Shown: in pieces, positions 49,980-63,106 of the stretch
Layout of the letters: each line of letters begins with the position of its first letter
Position numbering within the stretch: position 1 is the first letter of the stretch
Assembly: GCA_951406725.2 (NCBI GenBank)
Contig: OX597814.1
Location: 45,756,001-45,820,000 of the forward strand
DNA from: Octopus vulgaris
Lineage: Eukaryota
Direction: 5' to 3'
Length of the DNA: 64,000 nucleotides
Program-made: the position numbers and the translations under genes
The notes under the pieces: model-generated
Databases searched by the model: none
What the model was told of the DNA's origin: nothing
The model's input: only the letters and a program-made list of their open reading frames with translations

Positions 49980-52900
49980 TTAAAACTCTAAAAACTCTAT
50001 TGTGCAGTTTGAAAAATTCAATTTCTGAAACTTCTCAAGGACAAGGAATGGTGTATCCTGCTGTTTTCTCATTTAATCAGCTTTTCAATTTGATAACTAT
50101 TGGTCACTGTGTTTACGTGGATAATTCTTATCCAATGGTTAGCATTAGTGTCTGCACTGACATGTAGAAGTGTAATAATTACCAAATGGTATTCATATTG
50201 CCAACCAGCAGTAGCCATTTCTGCAACCATCCGATCATTACAAGTCAATACAGACACCATCATAAAGACAGTGGATCAGAATTATTGACATCATAATTGC
50301 AACATCAATAAAATTTAAATATTTATCGATCATATATTTAATTTTAAGTTATTAGATGATTAACACAGAGCTCTCTTAATTAGGTATGATGTAATAATTG
50401 GTTAGACAGAATCTAATAAATGAGTATTTCTGCTACCAACATTTTAAAGTCAATGAAGGGAGCCTTCATGTAGTCACTCATCCTGCTAAAAATAACAGCC
50501 AAATTCCCTGTTTAAAAAATGGAAGGATAAATTGGATAACAAAATGGTCACAGCTGGAGCACCTTTTATCATACGTCAGCTTGATCAGGGCCAACTGGGG
50601 TTAGATAACAGCTAATTTTAAAGCTGGTTCTGAATGTTTCATTGTTGTAATATTACACAGAAAGAAACTATTATTCTAGACAACAAACTTTTCTTTTTTC
50701 TCTTAATCTGACTTTCTTCATATGGATATTTTCTGAATGTCAAGACTAAGCTGCTTCATTTGGTGTCCTTCTGTTTAGACCATTGTTGAAGAAAACAACG
50801 GTTACTTGAGGAAATAAGATCATGTGAATCACATATACAGAGTGCAAAGAAGCTCAAAAAGGTTATAATTTATGCATGCACAATAGAAAATCACAGAAAT
50901 ATTATGACACAAACAACTAACAGTCATGCATATGCATATTCCAATCTACATACTACTAGACATAACACTGTTACAGAATTTAAATGAAATATGATGAATA
51001 AACAAAAACAATGGACATAAACTAATAAGTTTGTATTTAGTTAAAATCAATACTTGTACTCTATTTCTTTTAACTTCAATCGTATGATGAAAAATACATA
51101 ATATGAAAGTGCAGAATTCAGTTAATTAGTAACATTTATAGAACTGATCTTCAGCATAAACAATTCAAATTTAGGATAATTAATTTCTAACAGATTTGCC
51201 ATGATTGAGTTGCTCCCATTACAAAGTTGTATTGCAAATTAACAAGAGCTGCATAGCTTAAATTCTCGGAGTTCTCAAAATAAAAAAATAAAATTAACTG
51301 AAACTAGCTTAGTGAATAGTAGTGATGAAATTAGTAATGTAATATAGGTCAAAAGTATCTGGGTATTAAACTATTCTAGTAAATAAAAACAAAACACCAT
51401 TCAATTTCTCAGATGAGACAGGAATGACACAACAATACACAAGCAGATTAGTTGAAAGTTTCATGTCAAGAATTTGTAAGAGAACTAATGTAAAATTCAA
51501 TGTAGCAATTGCCACACAATCAAATTTAAGCTGTTTGTAGGAGGAACTCATCTCAAGTAACATGGAAAGCTTTTTTAAAAAAAGCATCTTAATAACAAAA
51601 TGCCAATGAAATCTTTATGAGAAAGAAAATAGATATAAAATAAAAATCATGGACATTTTGAAAATTGAGAATTAATGTCAGAGAAAATTAAGGACTAGTG
51701 TTAATAAATGCCAGTTAGTTTACTAAAGGATAAGATGAAAATGTTTCAATGTGTTCCTCAACTGGATTGCCAGTTTAGTAGCAAATATAGATAACCCTCA
51801 AACTATAAATGGATACAGGTTAAATTCTTTACATATACTATTTTAAAGTTGACTTACATCAATTAAATATTTATATCAAGTTATAGTGATGACATTTAAC
51901 AATCATAGAGCTATTTATTTTGCCTTGGTCCAACTGAAATACAGTTTAAATAATTTCCAGATCTAAGTTAGTCAATATAATCAAATAGACTATTAGGGAT
52001 GGATTAGAGAGAAAGTAAAAGTATTAATGCAGAATATATTTATGTGTTTATCAAACATGATACAAAGAAAATGGTTACAGTAAAAAGAATGCGTATAACG
52101 TTATATACTGGTATTTTCTTAGAAAGTGAAACTGAAGATAGCAAACTTATAAAAGACAGCATAAGTTTATCAAAATATTTTAATGGCATTCCAGTCATCA
52201 CAAATACCATTTGTAGAAAAGAATTTAATCTGTTTTTCTCTCTTCGTGTTAAAAGACAAAACCCCCTTATATACATGGCTTGTCAAAATGTAGATAATAT
52301 AGAATTATTCATGCCATTTTATATTTGAATGTACAGGTATATCCATATAAGGACTATTGAATTTCTGTTATTTTTATTTTTAATACATTCTTTAATGTTT
52401 AAACAGATATAGATAACTACATTTTTAAGATTTTTTCTTTTCCTTTAAATAAATGATACTTCTTATTCCATTTAAATAGAGAATGGTTTCAACAAGTAAG
52501 TGTTCATAAATATAAATTGAACATATTTTGGGGCAGATTTCAAAAAAATCTAAATATGACTTCTGTTGATACATGAATGTAAACGAATCTACATTATTTA
52601 ATTCCATCTATAGTACAGACAGAATATATGCAAAATATAGCAGTTTATTATTTTTTTACAGTAAGTAATAAGCAGTTTTATAGACAATAAAACTGAAGTA
52701 ACTCATAAAACATTTCATACAGATTAAAACAGAAATAGATTCTCAAATACTATAAGAAGTAAAACCATTTTAAAAGATATTTGTTCTGAATATCCAAATT
52801 TGGAAAATCTGTTTGAATGTAATGAACAACTCAAAGCATAGGCTTTTACTTAAATCTAACAGAAAAAAAAAATGCCACCGCCCTCACCAAATAGCTTTTA

Positions 52901-55900
52901 CACCAGAGCATGTTTGTTTAATTTTTCATCTGAGAGAATAATTTATTACAATAGAGGAAATAGCAGCAGTGCTTGTGAGTTGAACATGTCAAAACACTTA
53001 CCAAAGCAACTACTTTTGGAAATGCAATTCTGAAAATGTTTGTTACTGTTCAGTCACTGAAGCCATACAAAAATTTCAATTTATTTTTGCATTCTGCAAA
53101 AGCATATGTAACACAAATCTACGTGTCTAACCCATTAAATAAAAGTGTGCATATATTTCAGAGGCCAGAAGCCTCAGATTTTTAGGGAATGAAAAGTGAA
53201 AAGTAATGATACATATACTTGGCTGGTTCTATCAGCAATGGGAAGTAAAGTGAAATGCCTTCAATTCACAGATAATCAAAATAGGTTGTCCAGTTTAGCT
53301 TTTCTTCTTTATATAAATATCATATATCTTATGAGCAATAGTATCATTGGTTAAAGGTTTCAAAAAAAAAAAAAATTAATGGCTTACTGCATTTCTGAAG
53401 CAACACATGTAGAAGAAATACTTAGTAATCTTGTTTGATTAGTTTATCAGCTCTCTCAAGCACATGTGCTAGTTTTCTAAACAATTTTCATTTAACAGAT
53501 TTCACTCCCAAAGAATTGATTGTTCAATGTAAGGCTATAGAAGAAGACACTTGCTTAAGGTGCCACATAATGAGATGAAACCTAGAACCAGATCATTGCA
53601 AAATGGTCTGCTTTACATAAAAAAAAATCAAATAATAAAAAAGCTGGCAAATTCTAAGAAAAAGCAGCAATAGCAAGAGTGTTTTGTTACTATCTCACCC
53701 TAAAGTTACATAAACCATAAGAGCAATAGCAGTTTTCATTTTACTAAAAAATAATAATTTAGCATTTTTAGAATTATCATCTAGATGTCTAATTTTTGCA
53801 AATAGCAGTTAATCTAAATAACAATAATACCCTAATAACAATTTCTTTACTAGAAATATAAAGAGCTATTTTTTAAGGGAAATGAACAATTGAATTTATG
53901 TTCAAATATTACATGTATATGTGAAGACTAAAGAAGGATAAAAGCCAAAATTTGCTCTCAGAGAATTTGAACATGCAGCTAGGTGTGGATCTTTGTTAAA
54001 TACGAACCTTTAAAATAAGGAACCCCTCCAAAAAATTTTTTCCTGTGTATTGTAAATTCTAAACCATACCGAGCAACTATGAGACTGAGAATATACCACC
54101 ACACCAATTTTAATTACCACTTTTTATATTAGACTTCAACATTAAAAATATTATCGAAGGAAAAGAATGGGTCTGAACTATTAAATATAAGATTGTAAAA
54201 ATGGAAAAATTATTTCAGAAGCAATTCTTTTTGGTTAACAAAAAGAATTTAGCATTTTGTTTTGGTTTCATTGTTTTCTCAATACAAATAAATAACTGAT
54301 CCCATTAGTAAGATACTTTACAGAAAAATTTGAAAAGTGTAGGTAAAATCTGATCTCTTTGAGAAGTAAATTAAAAGAAACATATTAATAAAACAAAAAA
54401 AAAAAAAACACATACACACACAAAAAACAACAACATTTGTCTTAATGCACAATAGCAAACAAATTTTCAAAGCTAGCATTTTGAATTTCTTTTCATGCAT
54501 ATATTTGTAGTAAATAAAGAAAAATATCAGCATTCAGTTCAGCTGTATTAATCTAGTTTAGAACAAAACTAATTTTCTTACAAACGGAAAACTCACAAAT
54601 ACATTGAATAAAGATAATTCAAATGAAAGTTATACAGTCTGAAATATATTTGAAATAGTTAAGTACATAGCAATAAATGTGTTTTAATTTGACATAGTTC
54701 AAATTTTTTTCTAGACCATTTCAATTTTCTTTGTAAAATTATTTAAAAAAATATATTTTGATTGAGGGAATATATTGAAGCTCTTCTAGAACAGTTGATC
54801 AGAGTTAATATTTAAAATGTTGGTATTGTAAAATTGTTAGGAGTGCATAAACCAGAAGAGTGCTTTAGTCAATAATCAAGGCCTAGTGTTTAATATTTGG
54901 TTGCCTATATGGAACAAATAATTTAAAGTAAAATATAGACCTAGTAGGTTCAAAAGACTGACATCCTTTGCATTACTTTCAAATGAGCCATCACAGCTAA
55001 GACTATGCTTCATAGTAGTAAAAGTAGTTTCATGGGCTGAACTAAAAAACAAAGGATGGTGGTGGCTAGTATGTTATGCCTTTTCTGGTTGAATGAAAAA
55101 TCTGGTACTGTTCTAGATAATGGGAGATGTGCTCTATGACAGTATTTCAGTTGTAAATGATATAAGCAGCTACGCAAGACAGGAATTTTTTATCACTGTA
55201 GAAAAATGTTGGCCTGTCAGTATTATGGTTTTGGCCACACATAGATGTGGCTTCCATAACCTTCAGAAAAAGCATATGTTTTTCTTGTTTTTATCACATG
55301 TCATGAAAAATAAATAGAAAGACAGTAGATTTTATCTCTCACAAGCAAGAACATTTTTTTTTAAAGTAATACTAGGGTGTGTCGTTAGATGCTCAGAGGA
55401 AAATATTTCAGACTATGATAACATTCCTTTTGAGTTCACACAAATATAAAAATATCTATGCAAAAACAGGTTACCTGTAGATGAAATATCTGTTATAATT
55501 GAAAAACAAAAAAGAAATTTATAATTAAGCCTGATATTTCTAAACAATACAAAAATATATTTAGTAAATTTTCAAAAAAACATTAAAATTTTAATAAATA
55601 AGAGAAAAAAGAAATTGTATCATGAAACAAATGTTCACAAACATAAAACAGCTACAAATAAAATCTGCTTTAATATAAAATCTAAGATCAATGCAGAAAT
55701 ATTTATCAATAAACAAGAAACAAATTCTATACGATCATTCTGCCATGAACTTCAGCTGGGGGGGAAAAAAAGGAACGTTTTTCCAAATGAATTTCATTGG
55801 GGGGAAAATTTTGACTGTAACATTAATCAAAAGAAAAACAAAATGATTGCAAATTATTTTCAATCCTATTATAAGACATAAGTTCAACAATTAAAAACTG

Positions 55901-57364
55901 AATATATAACGAAGATCAATAAACTTAACTTTTAGGTAATTGACAAATAACAAAGGAAATTTTAAGCTAATGTATTTATGGTATTTGATTTTAAAATTAA
56001 TTTTCTCTATTTTCACAATATCTAATATCCAAGAAATAATAAAGCTGTTATCCTCATGGAACTGCAGTCCTGACTCTAGGGCATGCATTTGAATTTCTCA
56101 GTCTTTCTTTGCACAGCAAACTGAATAGTTTTACCAGCTTTGTATATGTCAAGTTGACAGTACCTTCCCTTCCCTTTTAGTTGTTCATGCCTGCTTTATT
56201 CTAATTTATGCCATCCTTATCTAACTTCAGTTCTTCCCAGATCCAAGAAGTCACTGCATATTTTCATATATTACATTTTTTTCATTCTGCAGTTCTACTA
56301 CTTCTGTTATAATCATTGTCTATAGATATATATATAAATGTTATAATAATTATCTATAAATATATATAAATACACTTGCTTAGAAAGGTCTCCATTAAGC
56401 ATGCCCACAAATGAAATTTATCATAAACTAGAAGCAGTGGAAGTAATACAAGTGATGAAAATATAATCTTATCAGTTTCAAACGTGAATTTATATGAGAG
56501 AGAGAGACGGTCATGGCTGGGTCTGGAAGATGATTCAGATGCTTTCATAGTTGCCTATATATAGGTCAATGAAGGTATAAGAAATTATTCTTTATAATCT
56601 TTCTTATAATTTCAGAATCTAATAAATGTTCACTTTAGAATGTTCATTTTGTGGAAAACAAAAGGCATCCATACATATCACCAGTAATAGCTTGATAACA
56701 ATTAAAAAGAAGAAAAACAAGTTAAATAAGTTGCTTTTCAAATGTATGCTTTCCCAGTCGTTCTCACTTCACTGTTTGGATATGTTTGAAATTTGGACTG
56801 CTGTATTTACTATCAAGCAAAAATTATAATTTGCTAATCCAGGTGAGGTGATTTAAGTCTGTAGATACATGGAGTTGGATCAATAGTGAAGGAAAGTTAG
56901 ATAAGGGGGACAACAAAAAACTTTTAAGAACGGGTAAGTAATAAACATTATTTTACTTTGCAGAAAGTAGCTTCTGCCATAAACTGAAACCAACTGCTGA
57001 TTTAGCTCAACATGGGAATGTCAACAGTAAACTTCAGAGTTAATCAAGAAACAACACAATTACCATTTATAGCACAAGTGGCAGTAGTTTTCCAGATGCA
57101 CTAATTCCAAACTACCCTAAAGTATAATTGGTATTATTTCTTATAAGACCAATAAACATGTTTAGCTTAAGGTGGTAATATAATGCCTTTGTTATAATTG
57201 AAACTCATTACAAATGGTCTACAATGAAAGTAAGTCAACTTTTATATTTCTGCCCTCCCACTCCTATTCACTTCATACCATGAGGGTCCACACTCTCAAG
57301 GTTCATTGTCTTGCAAGCTGCATGGCAACCTCAAGAGTGCTGGTGGCACAAAATAAAAAAAAAA

Positions 57365-57774
57365 GTGCAAGGAGTGGCTGTGTGGTAAGTAGCTTGCTTA
57401 CAAACCACATGGTTCCGGGTCCAGTCCCACTGCGTGGCACCTTGGGCAAGTGTCTTCTACTATAGCCGCTGGCTGACCAAAGCCTTGTGAGTGGATTTGG
57501 TAGACGGAAACTGAAAGAAGCCCGTCGTATGTATGTATGTATATATGTGTGTGTGTGTGTGTGTGTATGTTTGTGTATCTGTGTTTGTCCCCCCAACATC
57601 ACTTGACAACTGATGGTGGTGTGTTTATGTCCCCATAACTTAGCGGTTTGGCAAAAGAGACCGATAGAATAAGTACTAGGCTTACAAAGAATAAGTCCTG
57701 GGGTTGATTTGATCGACTAAAGGCGGTGCTCCAGCATGGCCACAGTCAAATGACTGAAAGAAGTAAAAGAGTAA
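57365..57774 (+). mobile_element. Full-length CORE-type tRNA SINE (family A, reference copy)
   Basis: A box TGGCTGTGTGG, B box GGTCCAGTCCC, CORE-like CACCTTGGGCAAGTGTCTT, internal (TG)n and AAAAGAGT tail. Confidence 0.92.
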
Positions 57775-58021
57775 GGAAATAAAGAGGTTATAGGAAAGGA
57801 ATTCAGCTGTAGAAAACATGCCAAAGTAGACAATGGAGTATGATGCAGTCCTTGGGCCTGACAGATCCAGTCAAACCATTTAAATCATGCTAGCATGGAT
57901 ATTGAATGGTGATGAAAACTATAGCCATGACTCAGAAGCAAATGATTTGGTAGTATATACCATGCTTTCGGTAATTACTTTAGGTATCAATGTAGTGCTA
58001 AGTAGACAGTTGCAGCCCTTT

Positions 58022-58065
<44 letters not shown>

Positions 58066-58084
58066 GAGAGAGAGAGAGGTGAAC

Positions 58085-58220
58085 ACTTGGCTGGTGCTCA
58101 TTTTCAACCAAGTAAACTGGAGCAATGTGAAAAGAAGTGCTTTGCTCAAGAACAAATGTTACCCAGTCCAGGTATTGAACTCACAACCTTATCATTGCGA
58201 GTCCAACAATGACTATTAGG
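58085..58220 (-). mobile_element. tRNA-derived SINE with a V-domain-like segment (family D)
   Basis: Minus strand reads gagttcaatacc (B box), then tcttgagcaaagcactt...cacattgctccagtttac...aaatgagcacc. Confidence 0.55.
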
Positions 58221-58659
58221 TAATGTGTCTTAATATTTTTTTACACACACACACACACACACAGCTTTTAGCTCAAACCTGTCACAAAAAGTAATAACTG
58301 AAAGACATTCTACTAAGGAAGGTAAAGAAAACTCTCAAACAATAAAAATAAAACAATTTAAATAAACATAATGAAATGTTATGACGGGTTGGCTCTAAAA
58401 TTAAGCACAGATTAGTATAACTAAGTTCATGAGTGAGCTCTAAGTAAGTCAAAATTTGGTATTTGTTGTCTGTCAATCAATACTGAATTCAGTGCTTTCT
58501 ACCCAGAGCTAACTGGTTTATCGTATGTAAGAATCCGTTTTTTTGTAATTCAGTTGCTATGCAATAGCAAAATAAGGAAGAGAACAAAATAAATCCATAT
58601 CTTTAAAGGAAATAATTCAGATAAGCCAATACATAGATAAAAAAAATAAAGCTCAAGTA

Positions 58660-59365
58660 CGTATCTTTTATCTTTTACTTGTTTCAGTCATTGGATGTGG
58701 CCATGCTGGGGCACTGCCTTGAGGTGTTTAGTTGAACAAATTGAGCCTAGTATTTATTTTTGAGTCTTTTACTTGTTTCAGCCGTTTGACTGCTGCCATG
58801 CTGGAGCACTGTCTCAAAGGGTTTTAGTTGAAGAAATTGACCTCAGAACTTATTCTTTGTAAGACTAATACTTATTCTATTGGTCTCTTTTGCTGAACTA
58901 CTGTGTTATGAGGACATAAACACACCAACATTGGTTGTCAAGTGATGGTGGACAAACAGACACACACACACACATATACAATGGGCTTCTTTCAGTTTCC
59001 ATCTACCAAATCCACTCACAAAGCTTGGCTCAAGACTATGGTAGAAGACACTTGCCCAAGCTGCCAAGCAGTAGGACTGAACCTGGAACCATGTGGTTGG
59101 GACTTCTTACCACACAGCCATGCCTGCGACTTGGTACTTATTCTATTTGTTTCTTTTTGCCAAGTGTCAAGTGGTATGGGAGAAGACACATACACATATA
59201 CACACATATATGATAGACTTCATACACTTTCTGTCTACCAAATTCACCCACAAGGCATAGGTTGGCCCTCAGCTACAGAAGACAATTGCCCAAGAAACCA
59301 TGCAGTGGGACTGAACCTGGAACCACATGGTTGTAAAGGGAACTTCTTAATCACACAACCATGTA
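58660..59365 (-). mobile_element. Cluster of three family A SINE copies or fragments
   Basis: Repeated cttttacttgtttcag tails and gaagacacttgcccaag...ggactgaacctggaacca heads. Confidence 0.85.
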
Positions 59366-59859
59366 TGGATGTATTATTTCTTTGTTTTTTTTGCATACAT
59401 CATTTAATAGATCCATACATACTTGATTTATTTCAATCTGGGACACAACCCTTAGCTCAATTTTGTTTTTTATTAAGGAAATTACTGTATATAATATGTA
59501 ATTTGTCAAGGAAATTACTGATGCCAAAAATTATTCATAGAAGCCTTTGTTTATTGATCAAGGAACTTTGTTTATGCTCTGTTAATCATGTCTAATAAAA
59601 CTGAAACAGGTCTGTTATTTTCACTGTCCTGGATAAGAAAATTCAGATTATCCTCCTTAGGCGTGAGAATCTTTTTTAAAATCAATTTACGGAAGTTATC
59701 TTCTTTGCTAATTGCTAATGAATGCTACTCGACTTGTTTTCTTTCTCCAAAAGGAAAATTTCAATTCATGAAGAATTCTGAGTGTACATCTTTCAGTACA
59801 TTCAAATGGAAATAATTAATAAGTCAGTTAAATACTACAAGATTAAGAACAATCTTTAG

Positions 59860-60065
59860 GGGCTGGCAAAAACGTTAGCATGCTGGGCGAAATGCTTAGC
59901 AGTATTTCGTCTGTCTATGTTCTGAGTTCAAATTCAGCAAAGGTCGACTTTGCCTTTCATCCTTTCGGGGTCAATAAATTAAGTACCAGTCGCATACTGG
60001 AGTTGATCTAATCAACTGACCCCCTCCCCTAAAATTTCAGACCTTGTGCCTAGAGTAGAAAAGAA
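59860..60065 (+). mobile_element. Meta-domain tRNA SINE (family B)
   Basis: gctggcaaaaacgttagca...gagttcaaattc...gcctttcatcctttcggggtcaataaattaagtaccag, with a different 3' tail from the 17948 copy. Confidence 0.88.
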
Positions 60066-60957
60066 TATTATTGATTACAAAAGCCAGATTATTCTGTTGT
60101 AAATGGGTTTACTGAAATATTTATTGATGTAATGGTTGGAAAAAATATCTCCACATTTCTGCCAGACATATTACATTATTTAATAATATTCTATTTTCAA
60201 ATGACAGTTTCTGCGTAATGTTATCTAATATTTTGTGTCATGCATTTTAGAGTAACTTTGATATGAAATATTCCAGAATACTGCAAAGCTGTATAAATAA
60301 ATCATTATAGTTTATGAAGGAAGTAAGAAATTAGTAAATAGAAATTTGTATATTGTCCTTTAATTTGACATTTAATGATAAAATTATTAAAAAAATGCTT
60401 CAGTTCATGAGAGAGAGAGAATATATATTTCATTAAGCATAGTTTATTTTGATAGTCACTTTAAATCTGTTAAAAGAGTAGCCATTACTCCAAGGCAATA
60501 GATAATATTTTTTATGTATAAATAAACAGCTATTTAAAAATTGACAATTACTTTTACGGACATAAATTTTGAATATTTCTATTTAAAAGCAATAAATAAA
60601 GCAACAGTGCATTTTACAGAATTAAGATTTTCTCTCCATTGAACTGCATGTTAAAAATTGCTTGGGGTGAAAGTAGGCATCTCTATTCTATACTGTCATT
60701 ACTTAGATTCCAGTTTAGTTTCTTAATTAGAAACCAGCTGCTTCTTATAGAAATAAAAGATACTGTACAAACATCATGTGAGATATGTGTGTGTGTGTGT
60801 GTGTGTGTGTGTATAAGGGCATCCAATTGTAAAAATCATGCCAAAACAGTCACAGAAGTCCGGTACTGGTTTCGGCCTGGCCGGCTCTTGCGGTACCGTC
60901 CCACCCATGCTAGCATGGAACATGGACGTATGATGATACACACATACACACACGAAC

Positions 60958-61253
60958 AATCATCATCATTGTCATTTAACATCTGCTTTCCATGTTGGCA
61001 TGGGTTGGACAGTTTTACTGAGGGCTGGCTAGCCAGAAGGCTGCACCAGGCTCCAATCTGATCTGGCAATGTTTCTACAGCTGGATGCCCTTCCTAACGC
61101 CAACCACTCTGAGAGTGTAGTCGGTGCTTTTATGTGCCACCGACATGAGGGCCAGTCAGGTGGTACTGGCATTGACCACGCTCAAATGGTGCTTTTTACG
61201 TGCCACCACCACAGGAGCCAGTCAGGCAACGTTGGCAATAATCACGCTCAAAT
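60958..61253 (-). mobile_element. RTE 3' UTR fragment, head-to-head with the downstream RTE
   Basis: Reverse complement of the RTE 3' UTR including the (CAT)n tail. Confidence 0.88.
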
Positions 61254-63106
61254 GGTGATGAAGGTCATGGAGAGGGTCATAGCCCAACTAATTAGGGAGA
61301 GAGTCTGTTTAGATGAGATGCAGTTTGATTTTGTACCAGGGAAAAGCAACACTGATGCTATATTCCTGGTAAAGCACTGCAGGAGAAATACTTAACAAAA
61401 GATAAATCCCTATACTTGGCTTTTGTTGACTTGGAGAAGGCCTTTGACAAGGTTCCCGAATCCCTTATTTGGTGGGTGATGCAGAAACTAGGGATTAACT
61501 AGTGGTTAATAAGAGCTGCACAGGCCCTGTACAGAGATGCTACTAGTAAGGTTAGGGTTGGCAATGAGTATAGTGAAGAATTCTGGGTAGAAGTAGGGGT
61601 TCGCCAAGGATCAGCCCTCAACCCACCTCTTCTTCATCATAGTCCTCCAGGCAATAACAGAGGAATTCAAGACATGATGCCTCTGGGAGCTCCTCTATGC
61701 TGATGACCTTGCTCTCATAGAACTAGAGAAGTAATTTCAGGTATAGAAGCAAGGTTTAGAATCGAAGGGCCTTAGAGTCAATGTTGCAAAAACCAAAGTC
61801 CAAGTAAGTAGGAAGGCGAACACATCACAAGTCACTTCAGGTAGATGGCCCTACTTGATCTGTAGGAAAGGTGTAGGGAGAAACTCCATAAGATGTACTC
61901 AGTGTAAGCTGTGGATGCATAAGAGGTGCAGCAACATCAAAGGAAGGTTAACTGGGATGATAGCTTTTGTGTGCAGCAGATGCACAGGGGCAATAAGCAT
62001 CGCAGATGCTCAGAAAACAGATTCCATCACATGCCAGTGGAAGAAACTGGAAGTAGTTGATAGCTTCCGCTACCTAGGTGACCAAGTCTGTAGTGGGGTT
62101 GGGTGCTCAGAGAGCATTGCCACTAGAATAAGAATAGCTTGGGCAAAGTTCAGAAAGCTCCTACCGCTACTGGTAACAAAGGGCCTCTCACTCAGAGTGA
62201 AAGGCAGAATGTATGATGCATGTGTGCAAACTGCCATGCTACACAGCAGTGAAACATGGGCCGTGACTGCTAAAGACGTGCGTAGGCTTGAAAGAAATGA
62301 AGCTAGTGTGATCCACTGGATGTGTAATGTCAGTGTGCACACACGACAGAGTGTAAGCATCTTGAGAGAAATATTGGACATAAGAAGCATCAGATGTGGT
62401 GTGCAAGAGAGACAAATGCACTGGTATGGTCATGTGCTGCGTATGAATGAGGAGAGCTGTGCGAAGAAGTGTCACTCCCTAACACTGGAAGGAACTCATG
62501 GAAGAGGGAGACCCAGGAAGACATGGGATGAGGTGGTGAAACATGACCTTCGAACGTTGAGCCTCACAGAGGCAATGAAGAAAGATCGAGACCTCTGGAA
62601 ATATGCTGTGATTGAGAAGACCTGGCAAGTAAAGGGAGATCACAGCTGTAGCCTATATCAATGCTGCATAACTAACCCATTTAAAAAGTACCTTGAATCG
62701 TCGGGCAACACGCTGTGCTTGAGGAGACCTGTTGAGTCAAGTAAAATCAAAAATCAAGTCACAATCAAATAGAAATTGTAGTTGTGGCTGATGCCAGTGC
62801 CGCTTGACTGGCTCCCTGTGCTGGTGGCATGTAAGAAGCCAGCCCTGACTGGCTCCTATGCCTGTAGCACATAAAAAGTACCATATGAATGTGGCCGATG
62901 CCAGTACCGCCTGACTGGCACCTGTGCTGGTGGCACGTAAAAAGCACCCACTGCATTCTCGGAGTGGTTGGCGTTAGGAAGGGCATCCAGCTGTAGAAAC
63001 CTTACCAGATCAGATTGGAGCCTGGTGTGGCCTCCTGGTTTGCCAGTCCCCAGTCAAACCGTCTAACCCATGCCAGCATGGAAAGCAGACGTTAAATGAT
63101 GATGAT
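61254..63106 (+). mobile_element. 5'-truncated RTE LINE: RT domain, C-terminus, 3' UTR and (GAT)n tail
   Basis: QFDFVPGKSNTDAIF, FVDLEKAFDKV, GVRQGSAL, LLYADDL, FRYLG, RIRIAWAKFRKL, WYGHVLRM, GRGRPRKTW. Stops and frameshifts present. Confidence 0.95.

Noticed and set aside
53002-53029. 28 nt minus-strand exon candidate (cag|...TTG|GTAAGT)
   Set aside because: Short pyrimidine tract. Such site pairs arise by chance in AT-rich DNA.
57365-57440. tRNA gene
   Set aside because: The A and B boxes belong to a SINE head that continues into the CORE domain and tail.
58942-59595. 217 aa ORF
   Set aside because: Antisense read-through of tandem family A SINEs.
59570-59725. Minus-strand open frame SLAISKEDNFRKLILKKILTPKEDN...
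   Set aside because: Purine-rich upstream sequence, no credible acceptor or start, and no recognised motif.
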